Position numbers and translations under genes: made by a program
Notes under the pieces: model-generated
Database searches by the model: none
The model's input: the letters and a program-made list of their open reading frames with translations, nothing else
What the model was told of the DNA's origin: nothing
DNA from: an uncultured Campylobacterales bacterium
Lineage (GTDB): Bacteria; Campylobacterota; Campylobacteria; Campylobacterales; Sulfurimonadaceae
Assembly (NCBI GenBank): GCA_903892995.1
Contig: CAITKP010000063.1
Coordinates: forward strand, 68,719 to 132,718
Direction: 5' to 3'
Length of the DNA stretch: 64,000 nt
Shown: positions 27,953 through 37,935 of the stretch, in pieces
How positions within the stretch are numbered: the stretch's first letter is position 1
Layout: each line of letters opens with the position of its first letter

Positions 27953-30431
27953 TATAACTATAAATATTGATGGTCGCGAGATACAGACACAAGAGGGAGA
28001 GTTTATATTAAATGCCGCTCGTGCAAATGATATATTTATTCCAGCGATCTGTTATCTTACGCGTTGTAGTCCAACACTTGCATGTCGTATCTGTCTTGTA
28101 GAAGCTGATGGCAAGCAAGTTTATGCGTGTAATGCTAAAGCAAAAGATGGGATGAATATCACGACTTCAACTGAAAATATCGAAGCTGAACGTCGAGCGA
28201 TTATGGAAGTTTATGATGTAAACCATCCATTACAGTGCGGTGTTTGTGATCAATCAGGAGAGTGTGAACTTCAAAACTACACTTTAGAGATAGGCGTTGA
28301 TTCTCAAAGCTATGCTATCAAAGATGTAGAGCGCGAAGTTAAAGATTGGGGACATATTCATTACGATCCAGCTCTTTGTATAGTTTGTGAGAGATGTGTG
28401 ACTGTCTGTAAAGATATGATCGGAGATAACTCTTTAAAAACTGTTGCACGCGGGTCTGATGCAATCGATAATGAGTATAAAGAGAGTATGCCAAAAGATG
28501 CATACGCAATGTGGAATAAACTCAATAAATCTGTAATTGGTCTCACATCTGGCGCAGAGATGCTTGATTGTACTTCATGTGGAGAGTGTGCGGCTGTTTG
28601 TCCAGTTGGTGCGCTTGTTGATACAGATTTTATGTATAAATCAAACGCTTGGGAACTAAAACAAGTCCCTGCGACATGTGGTCACTGTAGTGCTGGATGC
28701 CAGATTACTTATGATGTGAAACACACAAGTATAGAAAACTCAGAAGATAAGATCTATCGCGTGATGAACGAGTGGAACTATGTTTCTCTTTGTGGTGCTG
28801 GACGTTATGGATTTGATTATGATAACAAAGTACAAGCAAAAGATGAAGTAGCATTTACAAATGCGATCGCAGCATTTAAAAAAGCGGACACAGTAGCATT
28901 TACTTCTACGATCACAAATGAAGAGGCTTTTATTCTTCAATCTTTAAAAGAGAAGTTTGGATATAAACTTGTAAATCCTGAAGCAAAGGCGTTCCAAACA
29001 TTTTTAAATGATTACAGCGAAGTAAGTGGAACATCTTTGTACGGAAGTGATCTTCATGAAGCACATGCAGCTGATTTTATCGTGTCAGTAGGAACAGCAC
29101 TTAAAAGTGACAATCCAAATGCAAGATATGCGTTTAATAATTCTATGAGTATGAACAAAGGAGCGGGACTATATTTTCATCCTCTCAAAGATCCTATTAT
29201 AGATGGCATGGGCAAAAGTGTACTAAGTATTTCTCATGCACCACTTGCAGAAGAGGCTGTTTTGTATCTATTGCTTGATCTTTTTGCTGACAAATCAAAA
29301 CTTCCAGCTTCGGTAGTTGAGTATATCGCATCATTCCATTCAGAAAAAACTATTACGGTTGAAGAAACTATTAAAGAAAAAGTTGTTGAGATAGTAAAAG
29401 TCAAAAAAGTGAATGAAGAAACAGGCGAAGAGGAAGAGGTAGAAGAGGAAAAAACTTCTATGGTTCCTAAAAAGATCTCAAAAGAGGTACAAGTCGATGA
29501 AAACCGTCTTTTAGAGATTGTTGATGCACCGAAAAACTTTACAGAGAGTTTAGAAAAATTCTTAGCGAAAAAAGAGAGTTTTTCACTGATTGTTGGACCT
29601 GATCTTTATACACATCCAAGAGCAAAAAATCTAGCGCGTCTTGTTGCACTTTTAGAGAAATATAGTGCATTTAAACTTGTAATGATTCCAAGTTTAACAA
29701 ATACACTTGGTGTTTCACTTATTTGTGATCTTGATGAGACTCGAGGAAACTACACTATTGGCTACAACACGAAGGGTGATTTTACTTTAAGCGCACTGGG
29801 TGATGGCGATCTTGATATGCCAGCAATCAATCAGCAAGAGGGAACACTCACAAGTATAGATAAGCGAGTAAATCCAACAAATGCGGCAGTTGCTTATAAA
29901 GGTTATGAGCTTAATGATATCGCAAATGCACTGGGATTGGATGCTAAATTGACAATCGATTATACGTCAAAATTGCCTACATGTAAGGGTTTTAAATCTG
30001 AGCATTTTGATAATCTTCCAAACCGTTATGAAAATGATGGAACTGAAGTGAGAGGATATTGTTTAGATACGATTACAAAAGATCTCCTGAGCGAGGTTGC
30101 AGTAGAATCGATATTGGAACCTAAGCTAGAAGGAAGTATTATATATCTAGTAAATCCAGTCCGTCAGTTTAGTGAATTTACAAATATTTCTGCAAACCTC
30201 AAAGAGGAGAGTGGCATCTATATGAGCGAGTCATACCTTAAATCAAGTGGGTTCAATGAGGGTGATATCGTGAAAGTAAAAACACAAAATGGTGAGTTGA
30301 GTGCAAAAATTATCTGTGATAACAAAATCGAAGGAGAGATTGCGACTCTTCCAACTTTTGATTCAAATCTAAATTCACAGGCTCTCTTTAGCGGTTACCG
30401 CTTTAGTACAGCTACAATACAAGGGGTGTAA
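27945..30431 (+). CDS. nuoG: NADH-quinone oxidoreductase subunit G (paralogue 2, 828 aa)
   Basis: Same cluster motifs as paralogue 1 (CYLTRCSPTLACRIC, HPLQCGVCDQSGECELQ, CIVCERCVTVC, CTSCGECAAVCPVGAL, CGHCSAGC). It overlaps paralogue 1 by 8 nt and directly precedes nuoH. Confidence 0.85.
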   Translation: MSSITINIDGREIQTQEGEFILNAARANDIFIPAICYLTRCSPTLACRICLVEADGKQVYACNAKAKDGMNITTSTENIEAERRAIMEVYDVNHPLQCGVCDQSGECELQNYTLEIGVDSQSYAIKDVEREVKDWGHIHYDPALCIVCERCVTVCKDMIGDNSLKTVARGSDAIDNEYKESMPKDAYAMWNKLNKSVIGLTSGAEMLDCTSCGECAAVCPVGALVDTDFMYKSNAWELKQVPATCGHCSAGCQITYDVKHTSIENSEDKIYRVMNEWNYVSLCGAGRYGFDYDNKVQAKDEVAFTNAIAAFKKADTVAFTSTITNEEAFILQSLKEKFGYKLVNPEAKAFQTFLNDYSEVSGTSLYGSDLHEAHAADFIVSVGTALKSDNPNARYAFNNSMSMNKGAGLYFHPLKDPIIDGMGKSVLSISHAPLAEEAVLYLLLDLFADKSKLPASVVEYIASFHSEKTITVEETIKEKVVEIVKVKKVNEETGEEEEVEEEKTSMVPKKISKEVQVDENRLLEIVDAPKNFTESLEKFLAKKESFSLIVGPDLYTHPRAKNLARLVALLEKYSAFKLVMIPSLTNTLGVSLICDLDETRGNYTIGYNTKGDFTLSALGDGDLDMPAINQQEGTLTSIDKRVNPTNAAVAYKGYELNDIANALGLDAKLTIDYTSKLPTCKGFKSEHFDNLPNRYENDGTEVRGYCLDTITKDLLSEVAVESILEPKLEGSIIYLVNPVRQFSEFTNISANLKEESGIYMSESYLKSSGFNEGDIVKVKTQNGELSAKIICDNKIEGEIATLPTFDSNLNSQALFSGYRFSTATIQGV

Positions 30432-30433
30432 GT

Positions 30434-31423
30434 ATGGATATGGCATATTTAATTGAAACGATTGTAAAAATCGTTGTGATTATGTTGATTTTTTCTGCTT
30501 TGGCGGGACTAGGAACATATTTTGAACGTAAGGTTCTTGCATTTATGCAACGCCGTCTTGGGCCGATGAATGTTGGACCATACGGACTCTTACAGGTTGC
30601 CGCTGATGGGATCAAGCTATTTACAAAAGAGGATATTATCCCGACAAATGTTGTAGCTCCTATCTTTAAGTTTGCACCAGTCATCACAGCAGCTACAGCA
30701 TTTATGGCAGCTGCTGCGATTCCATTTTGGCCTCAATTTACAGTGTTTGGCTATACGGTTCATCCCATTGTTGCAGATACTGAGATTGGTCTATTGTATG
30801 TAATGGCTGTAATGGCGATTGGTCTTTATGGCTTACTACTTGGTGGTATGGCTTCTGCAAATAAGTTTTCACTTATCTCAGCAGCACGAACCGCTGCGAT
30901 CTTTGTTTCTTATGAAGTTGTAACAGGTTTATCTCTTCTTGCACCGATCATGGTTGTTGGCTCTCTTTCTTTGATAGATTTCAACAACTACCAAGTTGGA
31001 GGAGTAAGTCACTGGTTAGTATGGTCTCAGCCAGTTGCATTCATCCTTTTTTGGATTGCTGCATTTGCTGAAACAGGGCGTACACCGTTTCACTTGATCG
31101 CAAACGATCACGAGATTATTGATGGTTTTGGTACTGAGTATTCAGGGATGAGATGGGGACTTTTCTTTATTGGTGAATATGCAAATATGTTCTTTATCTC
31201 TTTTGTAATCGCACTTGTTTTTCTTGGTGGATTTGGAGACGGTGGATTAGGCGGAGCATTGGCATTGATTGCAAAAGTAGCATTTTTCTTCTTCTTTTTC
31301 TTATGGACAAGAGCGGCTTGGCCAGATGTAAGACCAGATCAATTGATGTGGTTATGTTGGAAAGTGCTTATGCCATTAGCTGTAATAAACGTAGTCGTAA
31401 CCGGCTTAGTGATGATGTTTTAA
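30434..31423 (+). CDS. nuoH: NADH-quinone oxidoreductase subunit H
   Basis: 329 aa polytopic membrane protein. RKVLAFMQRRLGPMNVGPYGLLQ and AETGRTPFHL/EYSGM are ND1 signatures. Confidence 0.95.
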   Translation: MDMAYLIETIVKIVVIMLIFSALAGLGTYFERKVLAFMQRRLGPMNVGPYGLLQVAADGIKLFTKEDIIPTNVVAPIFKFAPVITAATAFMAAAAIPFWPQFTVFGYTVHPIVADTEIGLLYVMAVMAIGLYGLLLGGMASANKFSLISAARTAAIFVSYEVVTGLSLLAPIMVVGSLSLIDFNNYQVGGVSHWLVWSQPVAFILFWIAAFAETGRTPFHLIANDHEIIDGFGTEYSGMRWGLFFIGEYANMFFISFVIALVFLGGFGDGGLGGALALIAKVAFFFFFFLWTRAAWPDVRPDQLMWLCWKVLMPLAVINVVVTGLVMMF

Positions 31424-31429
31424 GGGGCG

Positions 31430-32047
31430 ATGATGAGTATAGAACAGTTTAAAAACAGAAATGTTAGCGATGACTACTTCTTAGTAGATATCGAGGATTA
31501 TCCGACTGATGGTTGGGGAAAATTCAAACGGGTTGTAAAGCGTACATTCCAAGGGGAACTTTTTGTGGGTCTTTGGGTTGTGCTTCGTGAGATGATCAAA
31601 TTTGATATCCATACAGTGCAGTATCCAAAAGAGAAGATGCCAATTGGCCCACGTTACCGCGCGGTTCATGAGATGAAACGTCTTTGGGAGTCTGGTACTG
31701 AGAGATGTATTGGATGTGGACTTTGTGAGAAGATCTGTATCTCTGATTGTATTCGTATGGAGACTCGCATCGATGAGAACTCTCGTAAAGAGGTGAGTGA
31801 ATATAGTATCAATCTTGGACGTTGTATCTTCTGTGGATACTGTGCAGAGGTTTGTCCTGAGCTTGCGATTACTCATGGCGGACGTTATGAGAATGCAAGT
31901 GAACAAAGAGCACACTTTGTAATGTATGAAGATATGCTAACACCGATCGATATGCTCAAAGCTGGTCAACAGCAAGAGTTTGATGGTTTTGGTGCGATCA
32001 CACCACATGAAGATGAGCGTGTCAAAAAGACACCGCTTGCATATTAA
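31430..32047 (+). CDS. nuoI: NADH-quinone oxidoreductase subunit I
   Basis: Two 4Fe-4S ferredoxin motifs, CIGCGLCEKIC and CIFCGYCAEVCP. Confidence 0.9.
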   Translation: MMSIEQFKNRNVSDDYFLVDIEDYPTDGWGKFKRVVKRTFQGELFVGLWVVLREMIKFDIHTVQYPKEKMPIGPRYRAVHEMKRLWESGTERCIGCGLCEKICISDCIRMETRIDENSRKEVSEYSINLGRCIFCGYCAEVCPELAITHGGRYENASEQRAHFVMYEDMLTPIDMLKAGQQQEFDGFGAITPHEDERVKKTPLAY

Positions 32048-32056
32048 GGAGTAACA

Positions 32057-32629
32057 ATGTTTGAAGCTATCGCTTTTTATCTGTTTGCAATATTGACTGC
32101 TGTTATGTTTTATATCACTGTTACAACAAAACAAGCACTTTTTGCACTCACTGCATTGGCAGCTGGGATGATTTTTATATCTGCTTTCTTCTTTATTTTA
32201 GGAGCAGATTTTCTGGGTGTTGTTCAGATTATCGTTTACACTGGTGCTGTAATGGCACTTTATGCATTTGGTATGATGTTCTTTGATACAACAAGAGAGT
32301 TAAAAGAGAAGAATGGATCATCATTGATTACTGCGGGTCTTTCAATCTTATCTGCAGTTTTTGTTGTACTGATTTTTGTAGCACCAATAGTAAGTACAAA
32401 AGTACAAGTCACTGCAGCAGCAATCGAGGGTGCAACAAATTCACAATCTGTAGGTATGGTACTTTTTACGAAGTATCTTGTTCCTTTTGAACTAGCAGCT
32501 GTCATGTTGCTTGTTGCTATGATCGCTGGAATTGTCTTAGCTGGTAAAAAAATGGACAGATCACTTACACTTATGGGTGAAGAAGAGATTATGCTTGCTG
32601 AAGAAGCTAGAAGAAAGGTGCTACTATGA
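32057..32629 (+). CDS. nuoJ: NADH-quinone oxidoreductase subunit J
   Basis: 190 aa, five TM helices, VVQIIVYTGAVMAL motif and operon position. Confidence 0.85.
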   Translation: MFEAIAFYLFAILTAVMFYITVTTKQALFALTALAAGMIFISAFFFILGADFLGVVQIIVYTGAVMALYAFGMMFFDTTRELKEKNGSSLITAGLSILSAVFVVLIFVAPIVSTKVQVTAAAIEGATNSQSVGMVLFTKYLVPFELAAVMLLVAMIAGIVLAGKKMDRSLTLMGEEEIMLAEEARRKVLL

Positions 32630-32934
32630 TGGAAATCGGTTTAACACACTATCTCATACTCTCAACAGTTCTATTTTCAATAGGATTGCTTGGTGTTATG
32701 AGACGTAAAAATCTTTTAATGCTGTTTTTTGCTACAGAGATTTTACTCAATGCTGTGAATGTTGGATTTGCAGCTATTTCACACTATTACAACGATCTTA
32801 CAGGACAGATGTTTGCATTTTTTATCATTGCAATTGCTGCTTCTGAAGTTGCAGTAGGGCTTGGGCTTTTGATTGTTTGGTATAAACGCCACGGTAATAT
32901 TAATCTTGACGAAATGTCATCAATGAGAGGATAA
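32626..32934 (+). CDS. nuoK: NADH-quinone oxidoreductase subunit K
   Basis: 102 aa, three TM helices, conserved membrane Glu residues (TEILLNA, ASEVAVGL) and a 4-nt overlap with nuoJ. Confidence 0.9.
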   Translation: MMEIGLTHYLILSTVLFSIGLLGVMRRKNLLMLFFATEILLNAVNVGFAAISHYYNDLTGQMFAFFIIAIAASEVAVGLGLLIVWYKRHGNINLDEMSSMRG

Positions 32935-32938
32935 AAAA

Positions 32939-34846
32939 ATGGAATTGTACTTATATATAGCACTCTTTTCACCGCTTGTTGGTGCTCTGTTTGCGGGAGT
33001 TTTTGGAGCTTCTCCAAAAACATTATTGACAGGGGTTGTAAACTCGTCATTACTTTTTGCATCTTTCGTTTCAAGTGCGGTACTTCTAGGTTATGTTCTT
33101 GATGGACATACTGTACATGTAGAGATGATGGAGTGGATGGCAACTGGAAATCTTTACATTCCTTTTGGCTTTGTAGTTGATCAAGTAAGTGTAACTATGA
33201 TGATGGTTGTGACAACAGTTTCAACTATTGTACACATCTATTCAATCGGTTATATGGATCATGATAAAGGGTTTAACCGTTTCTTCTCATACCTTTCAGC
33301 ATTCGTTTTTTCGATGATGGTTTTAGTTATGAGTGATAACTTTGCTGGTCTTTTCATTGGTTGGGAAGGTGTTGGTCTTTGTTCATGGCTTTTAATTGGA
33401 TTTTGGTACCATAAAGAGATCGCTACTTGGGCAGCAAATGAAGCTTTCATTATGAACCGTATTGCTGACCTTGGGATGTTAATCGGTATATTCCTAGTTT
33501 ACTGGAACACTGGAACACTTCAATATGATGAAGCGTTTAAAGTAATGCCTACTTTAGATACAAATACTTTGATTTATATTGGTATTTTCCTTTTTGTTGG
33601 TGCTATGGGTAAATCTGCACAGTTTCCACTTCATACTTGGCTTGCAGATGCGATGGAGGGTCCAACTCCTGTTTCTGCATTGATTCACGCAGCGACAATG
33701 GTAACTGCTGGTGTTTACTTAGTAGTTCGTGCAAATCCTTTATATGACACAATTCCAGAAATGGGACTATTTATTGCAAGTTTAGGTGCATTTGTTGCAA
33801 TGTTTGCTGCTTCTATGGCGCTTGTAAATCGTGATATGAAACGTATTATTGCGTATTCAACACTCTCTCAACTTGGATATATGTTTGTTGCAGCAGGACT
33901 AGGTGCTTACTGGGTTGCACTTTTTCACTTGATGGCTCACGCATTTTTTAAAGCGCTTTTATTTTTAGGTGCTGGAAATGTTATGCACGCTATGAGTGAT
34001 GAACTCGATCCATTTAAAATGGGTGGATTACGCAAGCAGATGAAGGGCACATTTATCCTTATGACTTTAGCTTCAGTTGCATTAGCTGGTATCTTTCCAC
34101 TTGCTGGTTTCTTCTCTAAAGATGCCATACTTGAGGTTGGTTTTGTAACAAACCACTATGTTATCTACTCTGTATTATTGATTACAGCAGGTTTAACAGC
34201 GTTTTACTCTTTCCGTCTTATTGCACTTATTTTTCACGGTGAAGAGAGATATAAACTGTTTGGTTTTCATCCACATGAAGCGTATAAATTTATGCTAATC
34301 GCAATGAGTCCACTTGCAGTTTTAGCTGTGATTGCAGGATCATTTAAAACAACTTATTTTGATATGGTTACTCAGATCTTGCCAAAGACTGAGTACCATA
34401 TTCACTCTGAAATAGTTGAATGGGTGATGATTTTAGGAACTCAAATATTCGTAATGCTTGCAATTTTTTATGCATATAAAAAATATGTAAACTTTAAAGG
34501 TGAAGATAAAGAGTTTGAAAAACGTCTTTGCTATAAAATCTTGATTAATCAATACTATATTCCTTACATGTACGAGGAGTTTATTTCAAAACCATATAGA
34601 GAACTATCTACAATATTTTGGAAAAAAGTTGATCTTAAAGTTGTTGATGCAACAGTTGATTGTATCGCAAATGGAATTTATAAAGCGGGTGAAAATACTC
34701 GTGAAATGCAAGACGGTAACCTTTCAAGTATGCTTAGATGGATGGTCGTAGGGACGGTGTTACTGTTGTCATTAGCGGTTGCTTTTGGTATGGCAGTGAG
34801 ATATGCGGATGAAATTTCAGCTGTATTATCAGGTTTAGGAGCTTAA
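32939..34846 (+). CDS. nuoL: NADH-quinone oxidoreductase subunit L
   Basis: 635 aa antiporter-like subunit. GWEGVGLCSWLLIGFW, GKSAQFPLHTWLADAMEGPTPVSALIHAATMV, and a C-terminal lateral helix plus TM. Confidence 0.95.
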   Translation: MELYLYIALFSPLVGALFAGVFGASPKTLLTGVVNSSLLFASFVSSAVLLGYVLDGHTVHVEMMEWMATGNLYIPFGFVVDQVSVTMMMVVTTVSTIVHIYSIGYMDHDKGFNRFFSYLSAFVFSMMVLVMSDNFAGLFIGWEGVGLCSWLLIGFWYHKEIATWAANEAFIMNRIADLGMLIGIFLVYWNTGTLQYDEAFKVMPTLDTNTLIYIGIFLFVGAMGKSAQFPLHTWLADAMEGPTPVSALIHAATMVTAGVYLVVRANPLYDTIPEMGLFIASLGAFVAMFAASMALVNRDMKRIIAYSTLSQLGYMFVAAGLGAYWVALFHLMAHAFFKALLFLGAGNVMHAMSDELDPFKMGGLRKQMKGTFILMTLASVALAGIFPLAGFFSKDAILEVGFVTNHYVIYSVLLITAGLTAFYSFRLIALIFHGEERYKLFGFHPHEAYKFMLIAMSPLAVLAVIAGSFKTTYFDMVTQILPKTEYHIHSEIVEWVMILGTQIFVMLAIFYAYKKYVNFKGEDKEFEKRLCYKILINQYYIPYMYEEFISKPYRELSTIFWKKVDLKVVDATVDCIANGIYKAGENTREMQDGNLSSMLRWMVVGTVLLLSLAVAFGMAVRYADEISAVLSGLGA

Positions 34847-34849
34847 TCG

Positions 34850-36400
34850 ATGTTAGATCATATATTGTCATTATTAATATTTTTCCCTGCTCTTGCAGCT
34901 ATGATGGGCTTTGTAGTTCATAAAGATAGCGCAAAAGCATATGGAATTGCAGTTTCGATTATAGAGTTTGTAATCTCTTTATACTTATGGTTTGCATTTG
35001 ATACAAATGTTTCAGGTATGCAGTTTATGGAAAGCATATCAATTGTTCCTACATTTGGGATCAATTACTTAGTTGGAATAGATGGTATTTCACTCTTTAT
35101 TATCATTATGGCGTCATTCTTTACGATGATCGGTATCGCCTCTTTAGGTGATGTGAAAAAGATGAAAAATCTTGTGATAACACTTCTTTTCTTGCAGATG
35201 ACTATGGTTGGTGTATTTGCGGCTCTTGATGCGATTGTGTTTTATACTTTCTGGGAACTTTCATTAGTACCAATGTTATACATCATTGGTGCATGGGGCG
35301 GACCACTTCGTATTTATGCATCTGTAAAATTTTTCTTATATACATTTACAGGTTCTCTTGTGATGCTCGTTGGTATGCTTTTTATGGCATTTCTTTATAA
35401 CCAAGCAACAGGTGTGTGGAGCTTTTCAATCTTAGAATGGTATAGATTGATATTGCCTGAAAATTATCAGTTATGGTTATTTGCAGCATTTTTTATCGGT
35501 TTTGCAATCAAAGTTCCGATGTTTCCATTTCATACTTGGTTACCGTATGCGCATGGTCAGGCACCAACTATTGGTTCTGTTATCCTTGCTGCGGTTTTAC
35601 TAAAAATGGGAACGTACGCATTTATCCGTTTCTCACTTCCAATGTTTCCAGATGCAGCGGTGTTCTTTATGTTTCCAATTGCGATCATTGCGATCATTAT
35701 GATCATCTATACTGCAATGGTTGCGTATGCGCAAGAGGATATTAAACAAGTTGTTGCGTACTCTTCAATCTCACATATGGGTGTTATTATTCTTGGAACA
35801 TTTGCATTAAATGTTGAGGGTATTACGGGTTCTGTGTTCTTAATGATAGGGCATGGTATTGTTTCTGGTGCTCTTTTCTTCTTAGTCGGTGTTATCTACG
35901 ATAGACGTCATACAAAAATGATGAGTGAATTCGGTGGTTTAGCTTCGGTTATGCCAAGATATGCAACTATTTTTGGAATTATGATGATGGCTTCAGTAGG
36001 CCTTCCATTACTTATTAACTTTGTTGGTGAGTTCTTGAGTTTACTAGGATTTTACAACCAATCACACATTGTCACTCTCTTAGCGGGAACGGCAATTATT
36101 GTGGGTGCTATCTATATGTTAAGCTCATTTAAGAAAGCGTTTTTTGGTGAAGTGACAAATGAGAAAAATAGAAATCTTCCAGATTTAAACTCTAAAGAGA
36201 TTATTGCTTTAGTTCCGTTGACTATTATTGCAGTTTGGCTTGGTGTGTATCCAAAACCAATCCTTGACCCAATCAATAATAGTGTAAAATCAGTTGTAAT
36301 GCTTATGCATGAAAAATCGATAACAGAAGAAGCAAAAACACGTATTCCTTTACTTGAAGACAAAACACTTATGCAAAAACCACAAGCGGAGGTAAAATAA
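34850..36400 (+). CDS. nuoM: NADH-quinone oxidoreductase subunit M
   Basis: 516 aa with FWELSLVPMLYII and KVPMFPFHTWLPYAHGQAPT. Confidence 0.95.
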   Translation: MLDHILSLLIFFPALAAMMGFVVHKDSAKAYGIAVSIIEFVISLYLWFAFDTNVSGMQFMESISIVPTFGINYLVGIDGISLFIIIMASFFTMIGIASLGDVKKMKNLVITLLFLQMTMVGVFAALDAIVFYTFWELSLVPMLYIIGAWGGPLRIYASVKFFLYTFTGSLVMLVGMLFMAFLYNQATGVWSFSILEWYRLILPENYQLWLFAAFFIGFAIKVPMFPFHTWLPYAHGQAPTIGSVILAAVLLKMGTYAFIRFSLPMFPDAAVFFMFPIAIIAIIMIIYTAMVAYAQEDIKQVVAYSSISHMGVIILGTFALNVEGITGSVFLMIGHGIVSGALFFLVGVIYDRRHTKMMSEFGGLASVMPRYATIFGIMMMASVGLPLLINFVGEFLSLLGFYNQSHIVTLLAGTAIIVGAIYMLSSFKKAFFGEVTNEKNRNLPDLNSKEIIALVPLTIIAVWLGVYPKPILDPINNSVKSVVMLMHEKSITEEAKTRIPLLEDKTLMQKPQAEVK

Positions 36401-37908
36401 TGCTAAGTCACGTAAATATCTCTTTACAATCGTTGAATATTTCGACTTTGGTACCTATGCTTATCCCAATTGTAGGTGCTCTTTTTATCTTGGTTTTAGA
36501 TCTCTTTAAAAAAGATCAAAATAAATCTATGTATGTCATGCTTAGTTTACTTTTTATGATGCTTGATTTTGGTTCATTGGTCGATTTTTCATTGAATTTT
36601 AATACAAATGGCACGGCGCTTGGTTATTTCAATATGATGCTTATAGATGGTTTGGCACTTTTAGCACAATTTGTTATTGTTGGTGCTTCTATACTTTTCA
36701 TACCGTTGGCATTAACGTCAAAACGTTTCCATGAGTTCTCATATCCTGAATTTTTCGCACTCTTTTTGTTTATGATCGCAGGGTTTCAATTTATGGTTGC
36801 AACAGACAACCTTATCTTGATCTTTATCGGTTTAGAAACAGCATCTCTTGCACTTTATACACTTATTGCTCTACACAATAGAAGTAAATCGTTTGAAGCG
36901 GCAGTAAAATATTTTACAATGGGTGCACTAGCTGCTGGATTTTTTGCATTTGGTGCAATGATCCTTTATGCTTTGAGTGGTTCGGTGGAGATTCATCAAA
37001 TAGCTGCAGTATTTAATGCTGATGAGTTTGCTAACCTTCCATTTATTTTAGTTGCAGTTGTCTTTTTACTTGCATCTTTGGGCTTTAAAGTTTCACTGGT
37101 TCCATTTCATACATGGGCGCCAGATGTATATGAGGGTGCAAGCGCTTCAATGGCTGGTTATATGTCAATTGTGCCAAAGATTGCAGGTTTTGTTGTTGTA
37201 ATGCGTCTCTTTGAATTTTTGATCCAAAGTGGTGTTGTATGGCTCAATGTCGTACTTTATGTAATAGTTGTTATCACAATGACTGCTGCAAATATCTGGG
37301 CTTTAGTACAAAATGATGTCAAGCGTATGTTGGCATATAGTTCTATTTCTCATGCAGGATTTGTTATGGCAGCTGTTCTTATTGGAACAACACAAGCAAA
37401 TTCAGCACTTTTCTTATACTGGATTCTTTTCACATTCACGAACCTTGGTGCATTTAGTATGCTTTGGATCTCTCGTCAGAAAAATCTAGCTCCTGGTCAA
37501 AGCTCTGATCACTCATATAACAAGTTTGCAGGTTTGATAAAAATCGCACCTCTTTCAGCAACGATCATGGCACTTTTTATGCTTAGCTTAGCAGGAATTC
37601 CTCCATTTGCACTCTTTTGGGGTAAAATTTATATGATCTCTGCTGCGGTTTCTGCGGGTTATATAGTTTTAGCACTTATCATGGCATTAAACTCGGCAAT
37701 TGCTGGATATTATTATTTAAAATTGATTGTGTATATGTTTATGAAAGAGCCTGAAATTGATATTGATAGTAAAGTCTATACAATGAATGGATCAATTGCA
37801 CTTCGCACAATCATCGGCTTTGCAGCAGTTGGAACTGTGTTTGCTATCATCGCTGTAAATCCCTTGATCGAATTTATAACAGCATTTGTATATAATAGCG
37901 GATATTAA
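36400..37908 (+). CDS. nuoN: NADH-quinone oxidoreductase subunit N
   Basis: 502 aa with GLETASLALY and KVSLVPFHTWAPDVYEGA. The start overlaps the nuoM stop. Confidence 0.95.
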   Translation: MLSHVNISLQSLNISTLVPMLIPIVGALFILVLDLFKKDQNKSMYVMLSLLFMMLDFGSLVDFSLNFNTNGTALGYFNMMLIDGLALLAQFVIVGASILFIPLALTSKRFHEFSYPEFFALFLFMIAGFQFMVATDNLILIFIGLETASLALYTLIALHNRSKSFEAAVKYFTMGALAAGFFAFGAMILYALSGSVEIHQIAAVFNADEFANLPFILVAVVFLLASLGFKVSLVPFHTWAPDVYEGASASMAGYMSIVPKIAGFVVVMRLFEFLIQSGVVWLNVVLYVIVVITMTAANIWALVQNDVKRMLAYSSISHAGFVMAAVLIGTTQANSALFLYWILFTFTNLGAFSMLWISRQKNLAPGQSSDHSYNKFAGLIKIAPLSATIMALFMLSLAGIPPFALFWGKIYMISAAVSAGYIVLALIMALNSAIAGYYYLKLIVYMFMKEPEIDIDSKVYTMNGSIALRTIIGFAAVGTVFAIIAVNPLIEFITAFVYNSGY

Positions 37909-37935
37909 AATAGTTACCAGAGGAGTAGTAATATA

